Below are positions 20,288 through 30,608 of a stretch of 50,294 nucleotides of DNA, one piece after another. Within the stretch, counting starts at the first letter, position 1, and each line of letters opens with the position of its first letter. The notes below the pieces were generated by a model. It ran no database searches and was not told the DNA's origin. It saw only the letters and a list, made by a program, of their open reading frames with translations. Source of the stretch: an uncultured archaeon (GTDB lineage: Archaea; Asgardarchaeota; Lokiarchaeia; Sigyniarchaeales; SOKP01); NCBI GenBank assembly GCA_964525635.1, contig CAZGJX010000016.1, positions 1-50,294 on the forward strand. Reading direction: 5' to 3'. The translations under genes were made by a program, and so were the position numbers.

Positions 20288-21451
20288 TTAGGACATTAAT
20301 TTCATAAATAAATCTTCATCATCATCAATAGCCGCACGTACATATGGAGAAACAGGTCCTCTCCCAAGAACCATTATTCTAATTTTAGAACCTAATTTGG
20401 GATCCACTGCATTTCCTACTTTTAGTTGAGCATTAGAAGGAATTTCATTAGAAATAGTTGATACTATACTATCCATTATAGATAAGGTAAGATGGTGATT
20501 TCCAGAAATAGAAACCAAGCATTTATCAATTTTATTAGCATCCAACTCTAATAATGGATTGTGGATGGCTAATTTAGATTTGGTTATAACATCAGATTTA
20601 TCACCTAATGATTCAGTTATTCCAATAAATCCAGAAGGATATTTACTTGTTTTTTCAAATATTTTTTTAACATCAGCAAAATCTATATTAATTAATCCAC
20701 AACTATTGATTAAGCTTACAACTTCTCTAATACTTCGAATTATTATTTCATCCATTATTTTAAATCCTGTTATAAGAGGAACTTTCGGAATTATTTTTAC
20801 TAGATTGTTATTTGGAAAGGTTATCATAGTATCTGAGAAATTCGCTAATTGATTAAGTCCAATTTGAGCTCTAGATCTTCTTTCATTACCTTCTGAACTA
20901 AAAGGAATTGAACAGAATGAAACAACAATAGAACCATTTTTTTTAGCTTCTCTTGCTATTATAGGAGCGGCCCCAGTACCAGTACCACCCCCCAATCCAC
21001 AAGTTATAAATACGATATCAGATTTTAATCCGTTCCTTAATCTTTTCATATCCTCTTCAGCAGCCTCAGCACCAATAAAGGGACTATTTCCAGACCCTAA
21101 TCCATTACATGTTTCTTTACCAATTAATATTTTATTATCAGAATTAGAATAATATAAATCATGGGCATCCGTATTGACATTCAAAGTTTTAGCACCTTCT
21201 AAATCTATTTCCTGAAGTCTAGATACTGTATTATTACCCGCCCCACCGACTCCTACAATTTTGGATCTGATCTTAATAACATCTAATAAATCAGACAAAT
21301 AATCATCATTATCATATTTACCATTTGTATACCTCATTTGATTGTTCATTTGGGCCACCTGTTTAAATCTTGATCTCACAGAAGAATTAATTTGCAACAT
21401 ATTGGGAAGTAATTTCATATCTTTATCCGTCTGAAACACTTTAATCAACAA
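20288..21451 (-). CDS. ftsZ: FtsZ-family tubulin-like GTPase (true start may be downstream of the TTG)
   Basis: VGVGGAGNN, NTDA, GLGSG, GLGGGTGTGAAP signature, INIDFADVK T7 loop. Confidence 0.9.
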   Translation of the reverse strand: MLIKVFQTDKDMKLLPNMLQINSSVRSRFKQVAQMNNQMRYTNGKYDNDDYLSDLLDVIKIRSKIVGVGGAGNNTVSRLQEIDLEGAKTLNVNTDAHDLYYSNSDNKILIGKETCNGLGSGNSPFIGAEAAEEDMKRLRNGLKSDIVFITCGLGGGTGTGAAPIIAREAKKNGSIVVSFCSIPFSSEGNERRSRAQIGLNQLANFSDTMITFPNNNLVKIIPKVPLITGFKIMDEIIIRSIREVVSLINSCGLINIDFADVKKIFEKTSKYPSGFIGITESLGDKSDVITKSKLAIHNPLLELDANKIDKCLVSISGNHHLTLSIMDSIVSTISNEIPSNAQLKVGNAVDPKLGSKIRIMVLGRGPVSPYVRAAIDDDEDLFMKLMS

Positions 21452-21673
21452 ATACCCTTTTTTATGATTATAGTATATAATACCAGAGTTATATTCAAAT
21501 AATATTTGAATGTAATATGAGAATATTATTGTAAAAAAAAATCAATCCCATCTCACTTTAATTTCTGAAGGATCTTTTTTGATCCCTACTAAGCATTAAA
21601 TTGGTAATACCCAATATCTCAATGTTAATACCAAACATATGCTTTGGTTCTTTTTCTAAAATAATCAGGGGAA

Positions 21674-23947
21674 TCATATTTGATTTCGTAGATACTCAAT
21701 ATCTTTGTCAACTTTATTTGCTAATTGGGTGTTTCCTATTTTTTCATATAGATCCTTAGATTTTTGTAGCATTTTAATTGAATCTTCAATATTATTTGTC
21801 ATTTTATGATAAACTGTGCTCAAATCTCTTAAATAGGTTGCTTTCTTTTCCAGATCTCCCAATTCATCAGTAATTTTAATGATTTCTCTATATTTGTTGC
21901 ATGCTGTTTCATAATCTTTCATTGAAAAAGAAACAACAGCAATACTTTTAAGAATCTCAGCAATATAACTTTTATCTCCGATTTCTTGTGCTGTTTTCAA
22001 TGATAAACTAAAGTATTTTAATGCTTCTTCATACATCTCCTTGTTATAGTAAAAAGATCCAAATGTATTTTGTAAGGTTGATTTTCTTGGAAGGATTTTA
22101 TAGTCATTACAGATTTGTAATGCATCTTCCCAAGATTTTAGGGCGTTTTCATCATCATCCTGAGCGTTATGAAAGTTACCAATCATATGCAATAGACTTG
22201 CTTGACTTTCAAGATCTCCAATATCTCTAGCTATTTGAAGACCTTCAAGAAAATGTTCATAAGCTCGATCAGGATCATCTAATTGCTGGAAGGTAAGACC
22301 TATATAATTCAATCGTACTGCTTGTTCGGGCAAAGATCCTATTAATCTATCGATCTGCAAAGCTTCTTCAAAAAGCTTAGGAGCGTTCTTGTATTCAGCA
22401 AGATAATACTTAATAGTTCCTATATTCATGAGAGCTTCTGCCTTATAATTTAATTTTCCCGTTTGCTTCACGATTGACATCAGTTTTTGGTAATACTCTA
22501 TGGCTTTATCATTGTCACCCATTCTGCTATATAAAACGCCTAAATTCATTAATGGCGCACTCATACGTTCTAAATCATTTTGTTTATTACTAAGTTCTAA
22601 TGATTTCTCATAGTTTTTAATCGCATTAGTATAATCTGCTTTTTTCGAATATATTAATCCGATATTATTTAAACAGGTGGATTTACCCTTATCATCCCCT
22701 AGTCTATCATATAGTTTATAAGCTGACAAGAGTAGTTCCATTGCTTTTTCATTTTTTATATCTTCAATATGAATTCCCGCAATATCCGTCATTAGCTCAG
22801 CTTCTTCTTTTTCATTCTTTTCTAATTTGGCAAGATCCAATCCTTTTTGCCATACTCGAATTGAATCATTCCATTCACTTAATCCATTGTACACATATCC
22901 TGCAAACTTATATTTAGTAATTTCATCAATATTTGTATAATTTTTTAGAGAGGTTATCCATTCATTAAAAAGTATATCATCTTTCGGAACATTATTTTTG
23001 ATCATTGGTTTAGATGCAGGATCAAATATATGAGACCATAATTGTTCTGAGACAAAATGTGCTGTATGAGTCTTTATCATGTATATTTCAATACCATGCT
23101 TTTTCTTGAGTTCAATCAAGAATCTCTCTTGTTTAGATTGAGAGCTTATTTTTGAATCCTTTTGCTCCACTTCAACTTGAAAGATTTCTGTGAGTTCAGG
23201 GGAAGTCTTTTGGGGATCATGCTCTATCCAAACAATCTTTTTATAGGAGGGGATTTCCATTAGGAAGGGAGCAATGTCAAAATCATCACTACCTGAATAC
23301 CCCAAAACTACCAAAACACGATCCTTTAATATTCTGGAGATTATCGGTTTTTTATAGGGTTCGATTGTGAATGTATCTCCTTCTTCTCGATCCTTCCCTA
23401 ATGATGAAAGTGTGGTAATTAATGATTCAGATGTCCCTTGGTTTGAGATGATGTTTTTTTTTGAACCATGAACTTTAAATAGAAAAAATTGCTTATCATT
23501 ATAAATACTTTCTACCTTATTCAGTTTTAGATATTGGTCTTTAGTAATGATTGGATTAATTAAATTAATCTTATTTGAGGGTAAAGAATTCATCAAAGCC
23601 CTCTCAATTAAATAATCAAAATTTGTAGTTATCACATCATCATGATTCAATACATGTTTAGCAAGAAAATAATGGATGATGTTAGGCTCTTTCTTAATTT
23701 CAAGATAATCTAAAAATGAAAGATCTTTGTCAATGATTTTTTGAATTTCTTCTATAAATCCTTCATATCTCAATGCTTCTTATTTAAGAATTTTATCTAT
23801 TTCCTCAGAGGGTGCACATATGTTAACTAAAGTCTTTACAAATTCTTGTGCTGAAGGAAGACCACTGGGTAATTCCATTGAAATACCTGCACCTGCTAAA
23901 AAAATAAGAGACTCAGACGGATTTAGAATTGTTTCAAGCTTATTCAT
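21674..23947 (-). pseudogene. SIR2-like NADase domain plus TPR array, interrupted by an in-frame TAA at 23782-23780
   Basis: ATG at 23947 gives MNKLETILNPSESLIFLAGAGISMELPSGLPSA...KILK*EALRYEGF, in frame with ORF 21674-23773 (TTNFD, KVHGS, VLGYSGSDDFDI, then ~10 TPRs). Confidence 0.82.
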
Positions 23948-24530
23948 TAGGTTTTCATCATTTTAAATAATCTATACTTGAATTTCATAGTACTTAGTAA
24001 AATTTATAGTTTATGAGAATGAATTTTATATGTAAAACTTTTCTTTACGCTTTTTTAATAATATTTGAGTATTACTCTGAATTAACACTATATTTACTTT
24101 TAATTAGTAGATGTATAAAATGATATCACATTGATATTAAACTGATTTATCAAAAGGAGATATAATTCTAAATAAAAGAATTTAAAAATAAAAATGGTAA
24201 AAGGAAAACCTATAAAAGTAATTTATTAACCATAATGTATCAATAAAATATTGAATTCGTTTTAGATATTACCAACAACAATAGAAAGAATATGATACTT
24301 TTTGTCTAATCAACTAAAGAATTTACAGTAATATATTAAAATGTTTCTGAGTATTAACTAACTAAGAGGAAAAAAAGGTTAAAAATAGGGGACTATAAAA
24401 ATATAAAGTAAAAAGGTTTAACAAAAACCTCACTTCAATAAGTCCATATTTCACGTGAGAAGAGTGAGAAAACATAATTATATAAGTCATTATTAAAATA
24501 TTAATAATAGAATTGGGGTGTTTGTATTAA

Positions 24531-24773
24531 ATGGAAATTGATAATTTTCATTCGGGTTTAGGGTCGTCTAAAAGAGAATTAAATCAAGAAGCTACTCCAA
24601 TTCAGGTCAGAGCAATTATCAGTTGTCCTAAATGTGAATATAAAAAGGCTTTTAGAAATCAATTTTACCGTAAAGACATAGAGATGATGGTTGTAAGTTT
24701 GAAAATATTCGATTGGATTGTTTGTGATAAATGTGGTGACTTATTAAAGCTTGAATTGGAATTCCAATTGTAA
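24531..24773 (+). CDS. small zinc-ribbon protein
   Basis: CPKC and CDKCG pairs; SD-like GGGGTG upstream. Confidence 0.75.
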   Translation: MEIDNFHSGLGSSKRELNQEATPIQVRAIISCPKCEYKKAFRNQFYRKDIEMMVVSLKIFDWIVCDKCGDLLKLELEFQL

Positions 24774-24845
24774 TTATTATTTTAAAAATTAATCAGTGTA
24801 TTTCTTATTTTTATCAAAATTATTATCTATTAGTATGAATAGATT

Positions 24846-25937
24846 TCATTTAGGGAATATTTCATCAATTATAAATTCAATTGGTTCAAATATCTTTAAT
24901 CTTCCATTCCAATATTCAAAAATATTCATATAAATCATTTCGATTTTTATTATAAGTTTTTTTAAGTAAAAAATTAGAGGGTTCATCTCATCTTTAGCGA
25001 TTAAAACACCAATTATATATTGACTTGTAAATAAATAAATAATCATACCTTTTTTCCTGATAATTGAGATTCCTTTTTCTGTTGATTGAGTTAGTTCTTT
25101 TAACATTATATTGACTGAAGATATAGCACCAGATACCAAGGAATCATCTAAAATATGGGATTTATTGAGAAAGGATTTATGAAATAAACTAGCACCATTT
25201 CTATTTAAAATATAGATATCTTCAATTATTTTTTGCCAATCAAATTCAAAAATAGATGGATGTTTGTAAAAAAAAATAAATATTAAGCAAAGACTTAATA
25301 TCTGTAAAAAATCTCCTAATAATCTAAGTTCTAGACCATAATATTTTGTGATTGAATCAAGTGATAGGGCTTTTCCAATCAATAATAAAAGCATAGAAGG
25401 AATGAACTTTATAATTTCTATAATACGATTTTCAATATGTTTCATTCTATAAACTAATCCAATAATATGTACTAATAGAAATAATGTAAAAGATGCCCAG
25501 ATTAATAAAGAAATAATAATTGTATAATTAGATCTATTTATATTTAGAATTATATATATAACAGTTATTATCAAAAATAATATTGTAAAGAGATACTTCT
25601 TCAAGATATATTTTCTGTGTTTTTCTAAAAAAAAAGCGAATAATAATGCTCCTGTAATCATTGAAATATCACCTATATTAAGAAAAATAAATCTAAATTG
25701 TTCTGAACAATAGAAATCCGATATTATATAAAAAAATATCATTAATCCATAACAGAAAAATAATAAAAAATAACCAAATTCTTGAGTTTTTTTGAGAATT
25801 TTAAAATGTTTTCTATATTTAATTAAAAAAAAAACCCCCAATTCCAATGCAATTACAAATAAAATCCATTCTAGAGATAATAACGGATATCTTAATTGAG
25901 AAATAATAGGATGTTCAACAGAATACATTATTATCAT
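24846..25937 (-). CDS. ~7-TM membrane protein with a C-terminal longin/roadblock-like cytoplasmic domain
   Basis: About 7 hydrophobic helices, then FEFDW...DIYILNRNGASLF...LVSGAISSV..MLKEL...F..W.G....F pattern. Confidence 0.7.
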   Translation of the reverse strand: MIIMYSVEHPIISQLRYPLLSLEWILFVIALELGVFFLIKYRKHFKILKKTQEFGYFLLFFCYGLMIFFYIISDFYCSEQFRFIFLNIGDISMITGALLFAFFLEKHRKYILKKYLFTILFLIITVIYIILNINRSNYTIIISLLIWASFTLFLLVHIIGLVYRMKHIENRIIEIIKFIPSMLLLLIGKALSLDSITKYYGLELRLLGDFLQILSLCLIFIFFYKHPSIFEFDWQKIIEDIYILNRNGASLFHKSFLNKSHILDDSLVSGAISSVNIMLKELTQSTEKGISIIRKKGMIIYLFTSQYIIGVLIAKDEMNPLIFYLKKLIIKIEMIYMNIFEYWNGRLKIFEPIEFIIDEIFPK

Positions 25938-25943
25938 TATTTT

Positions 25944-27110
25944 TTATAATAATTTATTTATAATAAGATTAAAACTACTAAATAGAATGCCTTTATCTTC
26001 TTTTAATTTATGTAAATTTAATAGAATTTCCTTAAAAATTGATTCAAATTGACCTCTTATTACGTTTATAAAATGGTTCAAACTCTCTAATTCTTTTTTA
26101 ATTACCAATATATAAGTAATATTTTTAAATTCTTTTCCTTGTTTTAATAGAAGAACGGAATCTTTTCCTTTGATTGTATTAATTTTTTCATTCAAAGTTC
26201 CTGTAATTGTAGATATAATTTGTTCTATCCCAACTATACCTCCGGGGATTATTTTATCTATTTCATTTATGTAATCATTTCTTAAATGATTTATATTTTT
26301 TGTTTGATCATCATCTTTTGTTTCAAAATTATAATATAATAAACATTCTTTCATGATATTTTCAATAATAAATAATCTTTTTAGGCTTTTTTTCCATTCA
26401 AATTCATAAAAAGGGGGAAAATCATAGACAGAAAAGTATATAATTATGAAGCCTGTTAATAATTCTGCAACTCCAATAAAATAAATGATTTCAGTTATTA
26501 TTGGAGGAAGAATCTGTAAAGCTACAAATAAAGCATAAATTAATGAAGGTATACTAACCATTGCTCCTAAAAAAAATAATTTAAATTTCTTTTTTATTTT
26601 ACCAACTGATTTCTTTATTAGAATTATCATAAACCTAATTATATATAATCCATTTAAGATAGAAAACGAAAGAGATATGAGAAAAATAAGAGATTGTGTT
26701 GAATTTATGAAAGTTAATAAAATCAAGGGAATAAAACCTAAAATTAATAGAATTTTTGCAATATTTGAATTTAAAATAACAGAAAATTCCCTTTTTGATA
26801 TATAAAAAGATGGAACAATAGTTGCACCAATCGTAAGCATCCAACCAAATCTATAAATAATTTCATCAAATAATCCAGGTTCTATGAAATTTCTGGAGAT
26901 TTGAACGAATAAGGGGCCAAGTATAATTAAAAAAATAAAAGATCCAAAAACTAATAAGACTTTATTAAGTGGCAGATGAATATCTTTTATTCTATAGTAT
27001 CTATACATAAAAAAAAAAGATAATTGAATCCCCAAAATAACCACTATTAAATAGACAAGAAATTGTATTTCAATACTTAAATCTATTTGATGATACACTA
27101 GTAAATTCAC
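25944..27110 (-). CDS. ~7-TM membrane protein with a C-terminal longin/roadblock-like domain (paralog of 24846-25937)
   Basis: Hydrophobic helices, then P.FYEFEW...LFII...IIPGGIVGIEQIISTI...F...F..IL. Confidence 0.7.
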   Translation of the reverse strand: MNLLVYHQIDLSIEIQFLVYLIVVILGIQLSFFFMYRYYRIKDIHLPLNKVLLVFGSFIFLIILGPLFVQISRNFIEPGLFDEIIYRFGWMLTIGATIVPSFYISKREFSVILNSNIAKILLILGFIPLILLTFINSTQSLIFLISLSFSILNGLYIIRFMIILIKKSVGKIKKKFKLFFLGAMVSIPSLIYALFVALQILPPIITEIIYFIGVAELLTGFIIIYFSVYDFPPFYEFEWKKSLKRLFIIENIMKECLLYYNFETKDDDQTKNINHLRNDYINEIDKIIPGGIVGIEQIISTITGTLNEKINTIKGKDSVLLLKQGKEFKNITYILVIKKELESLNHFINVIRGQFESIFKEILLNLHKLKEDKGILFSSFNLIINKLL

Positions 27111-27348
27111 TATAGGGATAATTATGGATTTTTAAAAAATTAAATCTAATTTAAAAAAAAAAGATTAATTTTTATATCATAAATAAAAATGAATATATTA
27201 ATTAAAGTTTAGATCATTTGATGGCATTATTTTATAAAATTCGATAGTTTTGATAAATCAGAAATTCTTCATTCTATAAGCGTTATATCTATAAAAAAGC
27301 TAATATAATCTATCATAGTATATTTATAAACCTTAATGACATACAATA

Positions 27349-27580
27349 GATGTGGTGAAACACCACACCTACTTCCACTCAATGTTACTCTAACGAGTTA
27401 TCATAGTTAGGGAGGCAAACTAACAATCTTTGTATAGAGAGAAGCACATGCAATAAAGATATATGGAAAAAGCATTCCTAAAAGCTATTTCTACTGATGG
27501 GATAAAGGTATTCGAACTGATGCCACAAATCACTTAGTAAAACATCGCTGATAGTATTATTTGAAATAAAATGAGTACAA
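27349..27580 (+). ncRNA. candidate structured non-coding RNA, family unknown
   Basis: TTTATAAA at 27323-27330; perfect 7-bp hairpin TGTGGTG/CACCACA (27351-27367) at the expected start; several more hairpins; locally GC-richer; no long ORF. Confidence 0.4.
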
Positions 27581-27683
27581 TTTTATTCATTTTAATGGTC
27601 TCATCATTAAGAATAGAAGAATTATTAATATTTGTTTAAAATTGAAAATAGATGGTATGTTTTTTTTAATATTAATTTTAGAA

Positions 27684-28997
27684 TTATTCAATATTAATTT
27701 TAATATCTCCATAAGTACCCCCCCCTCCAGGAGTATATTTAATACTGTTATTTCGAAAAGCTTCAATAACAGATCCAATATGTTCATTATAATTTTTTAT
27801 TTGTTCAAGAGGGATATCTAAAAAAATTTCAAATTCTTTTCCTAATTTTTCTATGATTTCATCATAGATTTTTAAAATAGTTGTACTATTTTTACTTTTA
27901 ATCCCTTTAATAGCTCTTATTATATCTAATAATGGAATTGCATTAATATAAGGAGGTCTATGGTTAGGATGTTTTGGTTCATCATATTTAGAGATTGTAT
28001 CAATTCTTTCACTAACACCTAATTTTATTTTATGGTTTTTTCCTAATTTTTCTTTACAAGCTAAACAAATCATTTTATTTCTATCAACATTTTGAATATA
28101 TTCCTTTCTAGACACTTCTGGATTATCTTCATAAAAAATAATAAAATTATCTGTTATAGAATATTGACTAAATTTTAAACTTGAATTCTTTTTAGTATTT
28201 TTAAAAAGGATTCTCCTTCGACATTTTCCACAAAACATGTTATAATATTTCCCAAGTTTAGGATGTAACCCAACATTCAATGTTATATTTCTTCCATCTT
28301 TTCTATTTAATGCTAATAAAATTTCTTCAAAAGAGGGTTCATCTATATTAAATCTATTAAATTCTCGTCCAAGAGATGATGGTTCTTGAGAATGAGCATC
28401 ACTATTACTAAGAAAGCTAACATTATTTAAGGAGTCTAATCTATCTGCTAATTCTGTATTAGCAGATAATCCTAGTTCAATAAAGTGTATTTTTTTCAAG
28501 GCATCTTGATAACAATCCCTTAAGTTTTTAAATTTACCTTGTCTAAAAATGGCTCTAAAAGGAGTAAAAGCATGAGCAGGCCCAATAAGTCCTCCAGAAT
28601 CGATAATAATCTCAGTCAATTCAGCAGGAGATAGATTTACTCTTGGTCTACCACCCCAATTATCTAACAAATTCTTGGAATAAGGTTTTAATTTACCTTG
28701 AATTTCTCTGACTGAGTTAAAATCTGGGAAAAAAATAAGCTCGTGTATTGTTTCTTGATCTTCAATTTCTGTTTGCAAAATGAAATATATATCTTTATAA
28801 GAATATATCCCATCCTTCTCAATTTTTAAATTAGATTCCATATACTTAAGCCATTCTGGTTGTAGAATATCACCTGTTCCTAATATATTTAATCCTTTTT
28901 TATTACTTGTCTCATAAATTGTATCTAAATTAAGACTTTTAGAAACAGCTATAGAATGAGGACTATGTATATGTAAATCAGCATTGTATGTATCCAT
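27684..28997 (-). CDS. endoQ: endonuclease Q family (PHP domain with zinc finger)
   Basis: ADLHIHS, LGTGD, GPAHAFTP, IELGLSA, SNSDAHS, LGREFN, GKY...C..C, C..C, GV.ER, PGGGG.YG. Confidence 0.88.
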   Translation of the reverse strand: MDTYNADLHIHSPHSIAVSKSLNLDTIYETSNKKGLNILGTGDILQPEWLKYMESNLKIEKDGIYSYKDIYFILQTEIEDQETIHELIFFPDFNSVREIQGKLKPYSKNLLDNWGGRPRVNLSPAELTEIIIDSGGLIGPAHAFTPFRAIFRQGKFKNLRDCYQDALKKIHFIELGLSANTELADRLDSLNNVSFLSNSDAHSQEPSSLGREFNRFNIDEPSFEEILLALNRKDGRNITLNVGLHPKLGKYYNMFCGKCRRRILFKNTKKNSSLKFSQYSITDNFIIFYEDNPEVSRKEYIQNVDRNKMICLACKEKLGKNHKIKLGVSERIDTISKYDEPKHPNHRPPYINAIPLLDIIRAIKGIKSKNSTTILKIYDEIIEKLGKEFEIFLDIPLEQIKNYNEHIGSVIEAFRNNSIKYTPGGGGTYGDIKINIE

Positions 28998-29174
28998 TTT
29001 ATAACAGTTATAAAAAAATGTAATATAATAAAAACTTTAATACCAATATTGTTAAAGGACTATTAAATTGATATATAGAAATGTTTGATAAGGTGATTTA
29101 ACTATTTTAAATTTATTTAAGTATAAATTTTCAAAAATATGACTTTAAATGATAATAAAATAAAAAAAGAATTC

Positions 29175-29354
29175 TTAATCATAAGAAACTAGATACGTAT
29201 ATTTTGTTAAATCAAATACATCTATTTTAACTTTTTTTTTAACTTTTTTGTTAAGAGGTATTTTTATGACTATCTTTTCATCATTTAAATATAGATTGTC
29301 ATAGACAATACTTACTTTACTATCAAAATCGATAAATTTACTCAATTTCTTCAT
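29175..29354 (-). CDS. 59-aa small protein missing from the ORF track; paralog of 29893-30075
   Basis: Manual translation MKKLSKFIDFDSKVSIVYDNLYLNDEKIVIKIPLNKKVKKKVKIDVFDLTKYTYLVSYD shares KFIDFD, YDN..LNDEKI.IKIP and KI..F.L...YL..Y with its neighbour. Confidence 0.8.
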   Translation of the reverse strand: MKKLSKFIDFDSKVSIVYDNLYLNDEKIVIKIPLNKKVKKKVKIDVFDLTKYTYLVSYD

Positions 29355-29892
29355 TTTTTCTAATTAATTTTTATTAAATTTAATGATATTATTATTCTTT
29401 TTAATTTATATGATAGTTAAAGGTTAATTTAAGATTTCTACCAACACAATATATTATAGATTGTATAATATATAGTCAATTTAAGAAAAATCTTAAATCA
29501 ATTAAATTTCAACTAATATATTTTATTTTAATTAAGGATATAATAAAAGTGTTATTATTTTATGTTTAATGAAAGATATATTCTAATCATGGAATTATAA
29601 AAAGGAGTTTTTTAAAGTAGCAATAAGATATCTTACCAAAGCGTTAACATTCGTCCGACATCATCTATTGCATTTTCTTTTTTAAAGAGGGTTGTTTGTC
29701 ACTTCTAGATTTTCTACTTATATTATAAGTAGCTAATCTGATGTACTTAATTTAATTATAGTTTAGTATTATAAAAATTTAATCTATATATTCTCTAAGA
29801 AATATATATTATATATAGATTATTATTACTTATTTAACTCAAAGATAGAGTAGATAAAATCTTAATGATTATTAATAATTAAAAAAAAAACA

Positions 29893-30075
29893 TTAGTAAT
29901 GCATTAAATATGAATTTCTTAAATTAAATTCTTCAATTTTTATACCTCTGAGAGGTTTTTCCTTATTTATATCTGTTTGACAAAATGGTATTTTAATAGC
30001 AATTTTTTCATCATTTAGCCATATATTGTCGTAAAAAACTCCTTTAGTTTTATCAAAATCTATAAATTTTTCCAC
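29893..30075 (-). CDS. 60-aa small protein of unknown function
   Basis: Strong SD GGAGGTG before the GTG start; protein-level similarity to 29175-29354. Confidence 0.8.
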   Translation of the reverse strand: MEKFIDFDKTKGVFYDNIWLNDEKIAIKIPFCQTDINKEKPLRGIKIEEFNLRNSYLMHY

Positions 30076-30608
30076 TAAAACACCTCCATTTATATTATTT
30101 ATTGAGATTTTTATATTATATAAGGTTTTAAAGGTTCAAATTTACACAATTTCAATGCAGAAAAAAAGTTAATAAAAATAAATTATTGTAAGTTTATGGT
30201 CATATGAAGTACTTATCTTATTACGCAGATTTTCATACAATATTTAATATACTATCCTTATTTTATCACCTCATTTTTTTATTTTTTATATTATTGGAGA
30301 AAATTATTAAATGTCCAGTCCATTCTAATCTTTTTTTCAAAGCATTACCTTTTTATTATCACCTCATTATAATTATATTTTTTGTGTTTTAATTATATTA
30401 TAGTTTCCCATATACATAAATGCTTTGTTATATATATAATATAACCTGTATACATAATATATTTATACACAATTAAATAAAAATCTAATAACAACAAATC
30501 TAAAAAAGATTTTATATTAACCAAATGAACTAAAATAATACATTTAAGCAATAAAATCTAGATTATAACATCAATATTAAAATTATTATAAATTCTTGAA
30601 GGAATTAA

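Noticed and set aside
21560-21650. Three short hairpins between SIR2-TPR and ftsZ
   Set aside because: Stems of 5-6 bp are expected by chance or are simple terminators; no higher-order pattern.
23780-23782. Stop-codon reassignment (TAA, Sec or Pyl) to explain the SIR2-TPR interruption
   Set aside because: TAA terminates most genes in this window, and Sec/Pyl use TGA/TAG; a point mutation or sequencing error is simpler.
27349-27580. Identification as SRP RNA, RNase P RNA, SAM-I or c-di-GMP riboswitch, or hammerhead ribozyme
   Set aside because: The diagnostic cores (SRP helix 8, GAGGAAAGUCC, CUGANGA...GAAA and riboswitch consensus motifs) are absent on both strands.
29569-29685. Stop-interrupted frame resembling a TPR fragment (KKEFFKVAIRYLTKAL)
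   Set aside because: Resemblance is weak and could arise by chance.
30204-30392. 62-aa hydrophobic ORF on the plus strand
   Set aside because: Low-complexity product of T-rich DNA; the SD-like signals here are on the opposite strand.
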